Shown here: positions 13,055 to 24,516 of the stretch, piece by piece
How the letters are laid out: every line of letters begins with the position of its first letter
Position numbering within the stretch: position 1 is the first letter of the stretch
Assembly (NCBI GenBank): GCA_973895155.1
Contig: OZ316899.1
Coordinates: 3,741,455-3,805,454 of the forward strand
Direction: 5' to 3'
DNA from: Marsupella aquatica
Lineage: Eukaryota > Plantae > Marchantiophyta
DNA: 64,000 nucleotides
Position numbers and translations under genes: made by a program
The notes under the pieces: model-generated
Told to the model about the DNA's origin: nothing
The model's database searches: none
What the model saw: only the letters and a program-made list of their open reading frames with translations

Positions 13055-13678
13055 ATGAATGACACTGGGTTGGAGGGCTTTGTCAGGTTGTCCTGGAGGT
13101 TGGTAGACATACCAGATGAGGATCTGTTGGACTTTGTGGGATGCTGGGAGGCTTCTTCCAACACGACGCTGCTGTATGGAAAGGTGTTCCAACTAACACC
13201 TGCGCTTATCGAAGCCATCTTTGCTTTACCAACAGGAAGGAAGACTAAGGTGGAGCAGAGGAAGACGTTGTCGGATGACCAGTTCAGGTCATTTCCAGGG
13301 CCTTCCACTAAGAATGGGTTTTTCAGGAATCAATGTACCAACCTACATATAGGGCAGCTGATTGATTTCCTGAGAGTCACGTTGCATTGTACCTTGCCGA
13401 GAGCAGAAATCGGCAAAGCCCAGGTATTTTTGGTGGAGAATATCGATGCAAGCCGAGACTACAACGGCTATCTCTTAATGCAGTTGAAGAAGGCATTAAA
13501 TGAAGAGAAGCAAAGCATTGGAGAGGGAGCGGTATCCAGACTAGGGTACCATCTACAATTACTTTGCCGATATGCAAGAAGCCAGTCTTTTGCACCGGTG
13601 TTGCCTATACAGGAGCGGATGCCGATCACTGCACCACTTGAGGAGGTGGAGGAGGACGAGGAGCCTTTAAGCAAATGA
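13055..13678 (+). CDS. LTR-borne accessory protein, domain b (resembles plant-transposon accessory domains of the Transposase_32/PMD type)
   Basis: 207-aa ORF; F..L.W, DF+..W, IF.LP.G, NGF...C, LH...PR.EI motifs shared by five loci. The family resemblance is by eye only. Confidence 0.7.
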   Translation: MNDTGLEGFVRLSWRLVDIPDEDLLDFVGCWEASSNTTLLYGKVFQLTPALIEAIFALPTGRKTKVEQRKTLSDDQFRSFPGPSTKNGFFRNQCTNLHIGQLIDFLRVTLHCTLPRAEIGKAQVFLVENIDASRDYNGYLLMQLKKALNEEKQSIGEGAVSRLGYHLQLLCRYARSQSFAPVLPIQERMPITAPLEEVEEDEEPLSK

Positions 13679-13693
13679 CGCCATGGGAGGAGG

Positions 13694-15169
13694 TTGGCAA
13701 CACCGGCAACAAGAGAACGGGAGCATTCCCCTATCAAGAAGTCAGAGGTAGTAACATATGATGTAGTGAGAAATCCGTTGCGTCGGCCTACTCGTAATAA
13801 TCCATATGTAGGCATCCAATTGGTCGAAAGGAAGATGACTGCCCAAGTGGAGGGACCTGTGGAGGAAAGTCAACCAACAGCAGCCCAACAATATTCGGAG
13901 GAAGAGATCGGGGGCTTTGGAGGAGAGGCCAGCATGCTAGGTAGTCAGGTTAATGTGGATGATTACGACGATGACTATGTTGATCACGGGGAGAGGCCGG
14001 TACCAGGAGTTAGAACGATGGGAAAGTTTTGTAGAAGACTTCCCGCAGTCTTCTATGGCAAGCCCGAGGACCAGAAAACACCAGAATCTCCTCCACCAGA
14101 TGTGACGCCATTGGAATTTGACAAGATGAAGGAAGTTGAAGCCGGGCTACAAGAGAGGATTAAGGAGTGGGGGGCCCGGAATGCAGAACAGGAATGCCAG
14201 CTACCAGGAGGAGAGTGGCCGGAAGAAATAAGACGGCTTAGTGAGAGGCAGGCCGAACCTTTCACTGACTTTGATCAATTACGGGCAGAGGCTTGGGAGA
14301 GACGACCTCGATGGCAGATGCCAGTATCACCTGGGAGGTCAAACTATGCAAGAAATCGGGCTAAGGAGTATGGAGACATGTGTGGACTCTTAGCCTTAGA
14401 AATCTTCGGTAACGAGTTGGAATCCGGGCCATTTCTTAGAAAAGAAGTGGCTAATCAAACGAGACTGGAGGAGGCAATGACGTTGGAGCGGTTAAAGAAA
14501 GACGAGGTGATCGCTCGGCTTCGCTCCATGGAAGCCAAAGTTGCTAAGACGAAGTTTGGTCAACCAACTCAGCAGGATCTCTTGGCTAAGCAGCAGGAAT
14601 TGGAGGTGGCGAACAACCAATTGGAAAACTACCAATTGGATAACCAGCAGATCAAGGAAAAATCGACGAAGGTAGAGCTGGAGTTAGCCAATTCAAAAGC
14701 AGAAGTACAGGGTCTAAATTGCCAGGTCGAGAGGCTCAGAAAGACGGCTAAGGATCAGGCCACCCAGAGCAAGAAGGCTTTGGCAGAAGCCCAAAGGAAA
14801 TATGACAAGTTACTCGACCGGTTGGAGGCCATGCGTGAGAAGCATGATGACGCCATGTGCATAGCGGCCAATGATCACCTAAACCAGGTTCAACAGATAC
14901 GCAAGGAGCTTCAGGAGGAGCTAACCAGGACAAAGCAGGCATGGACGGACGAGGTCACAAAATTGGAAGGCATCAACGACTCCTTGAAAGCAGCCGTAGA
15001 TAAGCAAGAGTTGGAGATCGTGCAGATCTTAAATGAGGAGCTGAAGATGGCCAGGTCCGAGATACAACGGCTTAATGATGAAGTTGAAGACGTATCTCAG
15101 GAATTGGAGGAGGCCAGGGATAAGATGCTCGGGTTGCACAGCGTGCCGACAATCAAACGGAGAAATTGA
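13694..15169 (+). CDS. LTR-borne accessory protein c with a long C-terminal coiled coil
   Basis: Uninterrupted 491-codon ORF; E/K/Q/L heptad-rich C-terminal half; homologous to B 8310-9066 plus 11362-11696. Confidence 0.7.
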   Translation: MATPATREREHSPIKKSEVVTYDVVRNPLRRPTRNNPYVGIQLVERKMTAQVEGPVEESQPTAAQQYSEEEIGGFGGEASMLGSQVNVDDYDDDYVDHGERPVPGVRTMGKFCRRLPAVFYGKPEDQKTPESPPPDVTPLEFDKMKEVEAGLQERIKEWGARNAEQECQLPGGEWPEEIRRLSERQAEPFTDFDQLRAEAWERRPRWQMPVSPGRSNYARNRAKEYGDMCGLLALEIFGNELESGPFLRKEVANQTRLEEAMTLERLKKDEVIARLRSMEAKVAKTKFGQPTQQDLLAKQQELEVANNQLENYQLDNQQIKEKSTKVELELANSKAEVQGLNCQVERLRKTAKDQATQSKKALAEAQRKYDKLLDRLEAMREKHDDAMCIAANDHLNQVQQIRKELQEELTRTKQAWTDEVTKLEGINDSLKAAVDKQELEIVQILNEELKMARSEIQRLNDEVEDVSQELEEARDKMLGLHSVPTIKRRN

Positions 15170-15693
15170 AGAAGTATGCCGAAGCGGGATATGGGTCACC
15201 AACTGAAAGGCTTCCCGTCAGTAGTATGGTAGGCGGAAATATAGTGAAGCCGAAGCCGAGCTCACTATTGTCAAGCGTGACTGGGGGCAAAGCCATGCAG
15301 TTGGTAGCAAATTTGGCAAAGGCGTTCATGGGGCCAAGCGTGGCCGCTCACATTTGTGGTACTGTGGCCCCGAAGGCACCTATGGTAGAGGTAAGTACTG
15401 TGGATCAACTTGGAGCTACGGTAATAGGTTCAGACGATGGTACTACTTCTATGGACGCCCAGAACGTGAAGCCGTGGGTTATCGAGACCGAGCGCATCGG
15501 GGAGCAGACTTGGATTGAGGAAGTTAAGGCAAAAGCTCTCCAAGCCATTTCCCAAGAGGATGCCGATGCAGGAGCCGATGCCGGGGCCGACAAACCAGAA
15601 CCCAAAGTCGAGGAAGCCGAAGGGGTCAAGCCGGAGCCGATGGCAGGAGAAGGTGCAGAGTCGGAAAATTTGGACTTACCCCCGGTCATCTGA
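15166..15693 (+). CDS. Low-complexity E/A/P-rich ORF ending the G cassette
   Basis: 175-aa ORF overlapping the previous stop; same position and composition as 63582-63929. Confidence 0.45.
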   Translation: MKKYAEAGYGSPTERLPVSSMVGGNIVKPKPSSLLSSVTGGKAMQLVANLAKAFMGPSVAAHICGTVAPKAPMVEVSTVDQLGATVIGSDDGTTSMDAQNVKPWVIETERIGEQTWIEEVKAKALQAISQEDADAGADAGADKPEPKVEEAEGVKPEPMAGEGAESENLDLPPVI

Positions 15694-16601
15694 CAATTAA
15701 GGAGGGCCAGTCATTGGTTGGAAGGAGGACGTGGCGGCAAGAGAAGGGCTTGGGCCAGAAGGGCGCGGCCGTTGTAGGATGGGACAAGGCAAGTAACGCC
15801 CTATCGGCTTAGGTAGTATTAGATGCTCGGTTCACACAGGGTTTCGGGCTAGTCAAGTTTTTTAGGTGATAGTTTTTTAGTAGGATTATCGCGGTGGAAG
15901 GCCGTGAGTTGTGGTTAGGATTTCTGCCTTTTCCCCTGAACGCGCTGCAAGGATAAAAACCTGGGCACCGTGGCCCGGGGGGCTTTTTCTTAGTCAAGGC
16001 TTTAGTGTAAATCTGTATTGTTGTGAGCACAGGAAGCTCTCGGCTAAATCTAGACCGCAGGGTATCAGTAAACCACCAGTTCCCTTGGATTTCTGAGCAA
16101 TTGTTTGAATTGAGTTGGCCTCGTTGCATAGTTCGCAGATTCTTGCCATCCAAGAAGTTGAGTGTTATGATATCTGTTGCTTGATCGATTTAAGTCAGAT
16201 AGGGTGAACTGTTGAGCAAAATACAATCGCATTGTCTTGATTGGAGACTGCCCAATCAAACTTTGAGAGAAAAGTGAGGATTGAGAGTGTTTAGTCGGTG
16301 AAGTGTGGGTTGAGTCAGTTTGAAAAAAACCTTCAACCGGCTTAAGAAATTAAGCCATAGGGGTACATTCCGGGGGCAGAATACAAATATACCTGAAGAA
16401 GTTAAAGAGGAATTAGGTGTCTCAGTTGTGCACAATTCACAAGCCCAGTGAAAGAATCGGTCCGGTAAGTGTGGATCGAAAAAGAGGATCGCGTTTCCAA
16501 ACCAAATAGCTACCAAAGGGCAAGAGGACGGACATAAACAAGTGGTTTATGATTGACTGAGGGTAGTTCTTGGGGTTAGAGGTCTTGGAAAATGCGCCAC
16601 A

Positions 16602-18627
16602 GTTATGGGCATTGCTAGTTGGTGGCGTGCAAATTATGCGCGATAGGATCCTGGTTGGAGGCCAAATGTTTAGGGACCAAAGTTGGTCCAGGGGTGACAG
16701 GTCTCCAGAAGCATATATGAGGGGAGTGGTATCTCCCTAGGGGCTGAGGGCGAGCCGAAATCGTGAGCCGCGGCATTCGCGACACTAAGGGAAAGCGTCA
16801 AACATAAACGACGATATCTTCCCAACGAGAAGTCCGTTGGAGTACTTCTTGGGTGCATTGGAAAGATCTTGAGGAGGGCTACGTCCTCCTGAGATCATCT
16901 GGGTCTGGGGGACCATGGGTTCTTGAGGTTTGAGGGTGTTAGCTCGCCCGCTTGCCAAATCCTGCCGAACAATAGCCAAGCCGTGTTCAATCTCCCAAGG
17001 GAACTTGCGTTGGGGAGGCAAGGCCAAGTAGATGTGGAGGTTGAGTTCCAAGGGTGCTTGGCCCCTAGATCATCAGTGGGGCGAACCGGGAGTTGGTTGC
17101 TAGAGTCAGGGCCATTCTGGTCTCGGCTGCTGTTCGTAAGGATTTGGCAAGCGGGCGAGCTAACACCCGCAAACCTGGAGATCCCATGGTGCCCCCAGAC
17201 CCAGCTAAGCTCAGGAGGGAATAGTCCTCCTTGAGATATTTCCAACGCACCCAAGAAGTCCTCCAACTGACTTCCCATTGGGAACATATCGCCGTTTCCG
17301 TTTGGCGGTTTCCCTTAGTGTCGCGACTGCAGCGGCTCACGACTTTGGCTCGCCCTTAGCCCCCCAGGGAGACACCAATCCCCTCATATATCCTTCTAGA
17401 GACCTGCCACCCCTGGACCTGCTTTGGTCCCTAAACATTTGGCCTCCAACCCGGATCCTATCGCGCATAACGGGCTCACCACCAACTAGGAACGCTCACA
17501 ACTCTCTCGTTAGGCATCCGCAAGCAGAGTGCCTTAGCCCGTTGTGATTGGGTCAACCCAATGCTCATGTCTAGGTCCTCGGGTCTCATTGCCGCTCGGG
17601 GCCCCCGATGGGCCCAACTCGGATTGGGCCATAACTTGCGCCCCAAGCGCCTGTTGCCTATGGCGTCAACTCCATGGGCCTTGGGCCCAAGAGGAGCTCA
17701 CACCCAAGCCCTTAGAACTTAGTCCATCTAGAGGTCTGGACGGTCGTCCTTGAGCCCGACCCATTTCCCCTTGACCCAACCAGCTCTCAACTAGCCCAAG
17801 TCCTTACTGTCTGTCACCAGCTTGGCTCCTTACCTTTGCTAGCGCCACGTCTCGTCGCTCACAAGTCTCCCCATGCTAAGTCCTCCCCGGATGGCCTATC
17901 CGAGCCTCGACCATAAGGGAGCTCGGCGTTGGAGTCAGCAACGTTGGAGCTAAGTGTTTCGGTAGTCGAGTTCTGCAACTCTTAGTGTGTGTCACCAGCT
18001 TGGCTTCTTGCCTTTGCTAGCGCCATGTCTCGTCGCTCACAAGTCTCCTCATGCTAAGTCCTTCTCGGATGGCCTATCCGGGCCTAGACCACAAGGGAGC
18101 TCGACGTCGGAGTCAACGACGCTAGAGCTAAGTGTTATAGTAGTCGTGTTCCGCAACTGACAAGCTTGGACCATGAGCATGTCTTGGGCCATGAGCATGT
18201 CTTGGGGTCAGGGCGGTCAGTTGGTGAAGGATACGTATAAGGGGGAACCCGGGCCGCGCCCAGGGAAGGAGCTGTTCTAGACGAATAGTGGGCGTGGGTT
18301 CTGGTTTTGGCTTATGGCATCGGGAGGACCTATTGCTGACCTATTTACCAACGTCTGTTGAGCTTGAGTTAGGATGCTAGACTTGGCGAGTTCTAGATCC
18401 CGAAGGGTTACTTACCGAGGTGCTTCATTGCGTGTGTAGACAGTGAGGACCGTTGAGTAGCGGTTGTGTTGGAGAGCAAGTGCGGCTTCGTATGGGAGGG
18501 GCCGCTGGTGGTGCAAGGGGCACTAGGTTCCTTGCTTGAGGTATTCCGTGGAGGCGTTTGGGCACCAGGGGCACTTAGGCGTGAGTGTTGGGATTGGTGA
18601 GGGCACTGGGTGGCAAGGTCCAGCACT
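16602..18627 (+). mobile_element. Remainder of the A2 5' LTR (16602-17128 and 18159-18627), split by inverted A-LTR pieces
   Basis: Matches 10382-11361; ends CAGCACT at 18627, then TG and the PBS. Confidence 0.8.
17126..18158 (-). mobile_element. Two head-to-tail inverted family-A LTR 5' pieces (termini at 17980 and 18158)
   Basis: Two GTT(C/T)(C/T)GCAACT termini; the block 17810-17980 is repeated at about 17990-18158. Confidence 0.8.
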
Positions 18628-18629
18628 TG

Positions 18630-18641
18630 TGATATCAGAGC
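18630..18641 (+). promoter_or_regulatory. Primer-binding site, initiator tRNA-Met (A2); second copy on minus at 32048-32059 (A3)
   Basis: TGATATCAGAGC and TGGTATCAAAGC versus the canonical TGGTATCAGAGC. Confidence 0.85.
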
Positions 18642-20182
18642 GATTGCTGGCATAGACACCGGGCAGGGGTTGTGCTAAGTCGGAATCCAAAAATCTTAAC
18701 AGATTTTTGAGGGGACTTAGTGCTTCAACATGACCGGCGGGTTGACTATGGGCAGATTTGATTGATGGGGACATGGCAAAAAACACTCGATCAAAGAGTG
18801 GCAAACAGGCTCCCTTCGCAAAGAGGAGAGCCCAAGTTCAAGATGAACGGAAGGAGGACGGGTTGACTTCCCTAGACAAAGGTTACAAGCAGGTTGACAA
18901 AGACGTGGCATCCGAACCATCGACCGTCGCAATGAACATGTCAAGTGCAGAGCATCGTTGACTTAAAGGGAAGGAGGTGGCCAATCCTTCAAAGGATGAG
19001 TGGTGGACCGTGCCACCTAGCACCCTCACCAATCCCAACACTCACGCCTAAGTGCCCTTGGTGCCCGAACGCCTCCACGGAATACCTCGAGCAAGCACCC
19101 TAGTGCCCCTTGCACCACCGGCGGCACCTCCCATACAAAGCCGCACTTGCTCTCCTACATGACCGCTACTGAATGGTCCTCACTGTCTGCACAAGTGTTG
19201 CACCCCTAACCCAGGCCTTAAATCCAGTTTAGCTCCATGGGGCGACCTTGACCACCAGTAGGGGTGAGGGTTCGGGCAAGGAGGTGTGTAGTGGCCTGGA
19301 TTGGCCCTAAGTCGGGCTAAGGCAATATACTTATTGGTATAACACTCACGCAACTTGTACTAGTCATAGGTATATTTGTTTTCCACCGCTAGAATATTCC
19401 CACAGTTAGTGACTCGGACTAACTCCCGGCTTGGGGCTTTCAAGCCATCGACGCGACAGAACCTTGTGACATGCAATGGGTGGCAATCCCTACCATTAGT
19501 CCGCACCCGGTACGTCCCTGGAAATGGCGCCTTTGCCCAGACAAAGCATACACACAACATCAGTAACTCGCGGAAACATTAGAGGGAAAAGACTACATTT
19601 ACTCAACGAAGAATCAGTTTACATAGTTGACTCGACTTCTAAGGGGGTCAACAGGCCCAACGGCAGTCAATGCCCAGTCTCTACGAGGCCCCGCCCCACA
19701 CTTGCCCAGCAAGCTTGACTCTGGCTCTCACTCCTTGGTGCGCTCTGACCCTGCTCAGGCCGGGACTCCCCGTGCCTCGCCTTTTCTTATGCTGAGATAA
19801 CTAAGCCTTCTCCCCCTCCCACAGCGGAAAGGGAAGCCTAAATACTACGGTTGCGGAAAGGAACCGGAAGATACTACCTTCCGGGGTAATGCCTACTGAC
19901 TACCTACCCTCTGACTAGCCGACCGCACTCCTTTGACCGGTTGACCGTCGACGACAAGGGCGCTGACCGGAATGGCAGCAGCTAAGTCTACTAACCAAAA
20001 TCTAGTCTGTTGATGGACTCTATCCTACGTTGGCTAATCCTAACTGATCCGGTCCTAATTCTTCCTACTGTGCCGCTAATCGGCGCCTATTGACAGCTAT
20101 TTTGTCATTACGCCTAACCAAAAGATGCCGCTGACTGAACCGCCTTGCGCGGCGCCTGCTTCCACCCTTCGCTAACCACCTC

Positions 20183-23100
20183 TTACGTGCGAGCTGTGGT
20201 CGGACCAGGGTTTGTCCACCTGTCGAGGCGAGACCTCGAGCCGCCTTGATCAGAGGTGGGCCCAGGTCTTCCCCGCTGGAGGACGAGCAGGGTAATGCGG
20301 TCCTGCAAGGCCTTGTTGTCCCGCACAGCCTCCTCCGCCTCGTTTGCAGCTTCATCAACCTCTGTCTGGAGCCGTGCTACCTCCAGGTTGAGCTGGTCGA
20401 TGGAGTCACGATGGGTCTGGTCTTGCATCAGCAATTTATCCCGTTCGGCAGAGAGACTAGCCACCTACTGAGCTGCTTGTAGGAATTGGTTGTTGAGGTC
20501 GGTCAGGCTGGTAACCCGAGCTAAGGATTCTGGGCGCAACTGAAGCACGGTGTCACGTGGACTTTAAGTTAGGGGCTCCTCGGGCAAACTACACGCTTCT
20601 GGCCGCGATCAGGATAGGTGACAAGCACTTTTCGGAGCGAACTCTCACTCCTTTATATTTTTTACTTTTCTCACAAAGTTTACAATAGGTGCCCTCGAGT
20701 AAGCTTGCCCGCAAGAGTCTGGTAGCTGGCCCTACGGCAGGCCGCTACCTCTAACTTATCGGGTAGAACTCCTCGAGTGACTAACTACTCGAAATCTGAC
20801 GGAAAAACTATCCTCCTTAGTTCACAAAACCAAAACTCGACTAGCTACTCCACTAGTCTAAAACAGCTCGCACGGAACTCGGGCCTGGACCAACGAGGCT
20901 CCAGACTCGAGAAAACTCCCCGCCTGGATCAACGAGACTCCAGACTCGAGAAACTTCCCGCCTGGATCAACAAGACTCCAGACTCGAGAGACTCCCCGCC
21001 TGGATCAACGAGACTCCAGACTCGAGAAACTTCCCGCCTGGATCAAAAACTCGCTCAGAACTCCAAAACCGACGCACAACAGCCAAGTCCCACAGAACGG
21101 AGCGAAACTCAAAGAACATAATTCAACCGACCTGAATAGACAACCGGCCACCTCAATGAGCCGAGGCTCAAGTCTAAGTAGCATCAGAAACCCAACCATC
21201 CAGCCTGAGCCAGCTGCCATCAGCGAGGCTCATCCAAACTCCAAGCCTGGTGACTCACCCAAACACCAAACCTGGTGACGACAAGTCACCCAATCACCAA
21301 ACCTCAATCCATCCAACCAAGCAGCCCCTTCAAGTCAGCATGCATGCAACCCAACTGGGAAGCCTCGTCCATCATCCCCTATAAAAGCCATTCGTGAGCC
21401 GAAATCATTTGGCACGACAACGGTGTCGTCCAGCTTCTTGAGATCCGCTTGCGCCCTGCTCAACTCCTGGGTTAGTCCGTCCCGCTGTTCAACGGTGCGG
21501 ACTAACTCCTCACGGCGGGTAGTGGCCTCCTCCTCGAGGTGTTCTACCAGCATTTGGAGGCGCCCGATCTCATTCCCCTTCGCCATGAGTTCTTCTTCCA
21601 AGCGGCTTACAATCCGTGGTTGGTGCTCTAACATGAAGAAGGCTGGTTGAAAGTACGTCGAGACTTGTTGTCCAATGTACATCGCTAGCTCCCCTGACAG
21701 AGTCTGACTAAACTTCTGGACCAGGTCGTAGGCCATGGTCCCCGGGGCTACTTGGTAGTCCTCCATCCTCTCGGGTACCGGTGGTTCCTCCTCTGTAGTC
21801 TGCACTGGGGAAGGAAAGGTTTCTTCAGGTGGTGGCTGTACTGCGGGTAGCGGAGGCTCGACGGAAGGGGGCGGCGGAATTTCAGCAAGAGGTGGTGACG
21901 GAGTACTAGTTGGGGCCTCCGGCTCGGGGTTTGGCTGAGGCACGATAGTCCGCTCACTCGGGGATGCCTCCCTTGGAGCGGGGGTGACATTAGTCGGGGT
22001 TGAGGTGGCCATATTCTTTCCTCTGGCCTCCCGCTATGCCTTGTACCAGGCGAGGATGATGGCGATATGACTTCCCAAGTAAGTCTTCCCCCCAATAGCC
22101 ATACCTCCCTAAGCCCGCTTAAGCTCCCCCGAGAACCTTCGGTAAAAGAATTGGGCCCAGTTCCGCCGTTTGTACTGTTCCACCTGCACAATCATGGAGA
22201 GGGAGATCTCGGATCGTGGCTCAATCATGTGTAGGGTAGTCCGTATGAAGTTAAGCCGCTCCATGCAGATTAAGTTGGTGCACAACCCCTGCTTGTATCC
22301 GTTGTCCGTCTTACCTTTGGGTTTGAAGTGCCAAGGTGTATACTCCTTATCCCGAATTCGGAGTTCAACCGGTATCGGCCCGGTTGGCAGGCAGAAGATC
22401 TGTGCCATCCGATGCTCCGTAAGTGATAAGGTCTGTCTTGAAACCTTGGTGGTCGATGCGTCGGTGTCAAAATTGGAGATGAACTCACAAATCTCCTTGG
22501 GCCCGGCCGTGCACGGTCTCCATAGCAAGTGAGCAAACTGCTCCAACTGATGCTCCATGAGGTAGTCCGCATGGTCAAGTTTCTTGATTGCGATTCAGAC
22601 TACCTCGGGGACGCGTATTACCTGTAATAAGTTAGACTTTGGATTATCCAGGGGAAGTCGGGCCTGGTTGGCCGGGGGGTTAGCCGGGGCAGGTGCAGGA
22701 GCGGCGTTGGTTCGCATTGTCGATTTGGGGGCCGACATCGTCCTTGCCCGCTTATGAGAACGCTGCTCAAGATGCGGACTAACTCGCTCGGAACCCGAAG
22801 AACACTTGGTGTTGTTCATGGGATGGACTTGGGACTGATTTGGGGATACGCCGGTGGTCACCGGTTGAGGGGCTGGTGGGGTCGGTGTAGCCATATCCCA
22901 GTTGAAGGCGTTGGAGATTTCCCCAAGGAACGTAAGATTACGCGTCGCTTCCTGTTGTCTACTAATGTCTTCTTGGCACTTTTTGGCTGCGATCTGCTGG
23001 TCTAGGTACCCCGGGATCTTGTCGAACTCCGCTTGAGTAAGCCATTGGCTGCCCTTCAGCCTAAAGAACATCGCGGGGACTTTGAGAATCGCCTCTGCTA

Positions 23101-23338
23101 CCAATCTAAGCCCTTCCTCGCTGAGATATAGCTCGGTGATGTAGTCTCGCAGCTTGTTGTAGCTAGAATCCCTGGTGATAGCTGTCTTCTCGCAGTTAAC
23201 CTGCGCTACCTTGGCCACCAACTTTGCGTATCTTCTTTCATAAGCAGCTTTCTTGGGACAAGAGTACCAGTAAGTCTTGGAGAACTTAGCACCTACCTCA
23301 CCAAACAAGGTCCAGAATCCCAAGGCTGTAAGGGTCAT
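20183..23338 (-). pseudogene. Family-I accessory cassette: a (22595-23338), b (22109-22558), proline-rich and coiled-coil c (21424-22012 and 20183-20546)
   Basis: Motif-level homology to the G, B and D1 cassettes; frame c is restored when the C LTR and one ACGG are removed (KLDDTVLQLR). Confidence 0.75.
20551..21419 (-). mobile_element. Family-C/K solo LTR
   Basis: TGTCA...CGACA termini; 4-bp TSD ACGG (20547-20550 and 21420-21423); near-identical to 9474-10341. Confidence 0.92.
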
Positions 23339-24516
23339 ACTAACCTTTGTAGTCTGGTTCGTCGAGTCCGTGTTCCTGCTGTTTGGTCCGCTTACTGGTG
23401 GAGGCCTTCCTCGCCCTGACTAAATCTTGCCACAACCCGCTCTTATCCCTCAATGATCTCCTCGTAAAGGTCAGTTTGATTCGAGCAAGAAGGCAAGAGA
23501 ATGGCAGCGTCCGCAAATTTTGAAAGGTAGAAATGAGCAAATGGCCCGCAACGCCATCGACTCCGCTCTTATGGAGGTGCTAGGGTGAGCTTCGGGCGTG
23601 AGTGGGCAAGGTCGTTCCGGTCGTTGATGATGAGTAGAAGTTGGCGTCTCGGTCCAAGCATGATTCTTCTAACAGATTTTACTCCGCCGCCGCCACCGTA
23701 CCACGGTCGAGCGTAATAACCCTCTGTTTTAATTCATAATCATCCGATCAACTAACCTACTCCTAACCTATTCATAATGGCAAAGACGGCTATTCGTGCT
23801 ATTCAACGCTACGGCTACGGTCCTAATGACCGTATAAGACCTAATCTATGACCTGCGTTCGGTTAAGTGACACGTTACCCGTGTCACAACAAGCAACCAA
23901 GCACCTTGGTAAGTAACCCTTCAGGATCCAGAACTCGCCAAGTCTAGCACCCCAACTCAAGCTCAATAGACGTTGGTAAATAGGTCAGCGATAGGTCCTC
24001 CCGATGCCATAAGTCGGAATCAGAACCCACGCTCACTGTCTGTCCAGAATAGCTCCTTCCTTGGGCACGGCCCAGGTTCCCCCTCGTACCTATCCATCAC
24101 CAACTGACCGGCCTGACCTTAGGACATGCTCATGGCCCAATTAGCGTAGCTTGTCCTAAAGTGTGGTGCGTTTTCCAAGACCTCTAACCCCAATAACTAC
24201 CCTCAGTCGATCATAAACCACTTGTTTATGTCCGTCCTCTTGCCCTTTGGCAGCTATTTGGTTTGGAAACGCAATCCTCTCCTTTGATCCACACTTACCG
24301 GACCGATTCTTTCATTGGGCTTGTGAATTGTGCACAACTGAGACACCTAATTCCTCTTTAACTTCTTCAGGTATATTTGTATTCCGCCCCCTGAATGTAC
24401 CCCTAGGGCTTAATTTCTTAAGCCGGCTGAAGGTCTTTTTCAGACTGACTCAACCCACACTTCACCGACTAAACACTCTCAATCCTCACTTTTCTCTCAG
24501 AGTTTGATTGGGCAGT

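Larger units (their letters stand above)
12289..16601 (+). mobile_element. Family-G LTR carrying a coding cassette (5' end lost)
   Basis: 16075-16601 is the reverse complement of the G LTR at 29241-29767; ends CGCCACA, followed directly by A-LTR host sequence (GTTAT...). Confidence 0.8.
19196..23888 (-). mobile_element. Family-I solo-LTR-like unit with an internal coding cassette (about 3.8 kb without the C insertion)
   Basis: TGTGACAC...GCAACA termini on minus; perfect 5-bp TSD ACAAG (19191-19195 and 23889-23893); no internal repeat of either end. Confidence 0.9.

Noticed and set aside
16895-17340. Overlapping near-identical ORFs on both strands as genes
   Set aside because: They are a consequence of the inverted LTR duplication; there are no domain motifs.
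20905-21045. 37-bp repeats as a CRISPR array
   Set aside because: The units are directly adjacent with no unique spacers, there are no cas genes, and they lie inside an LTR.
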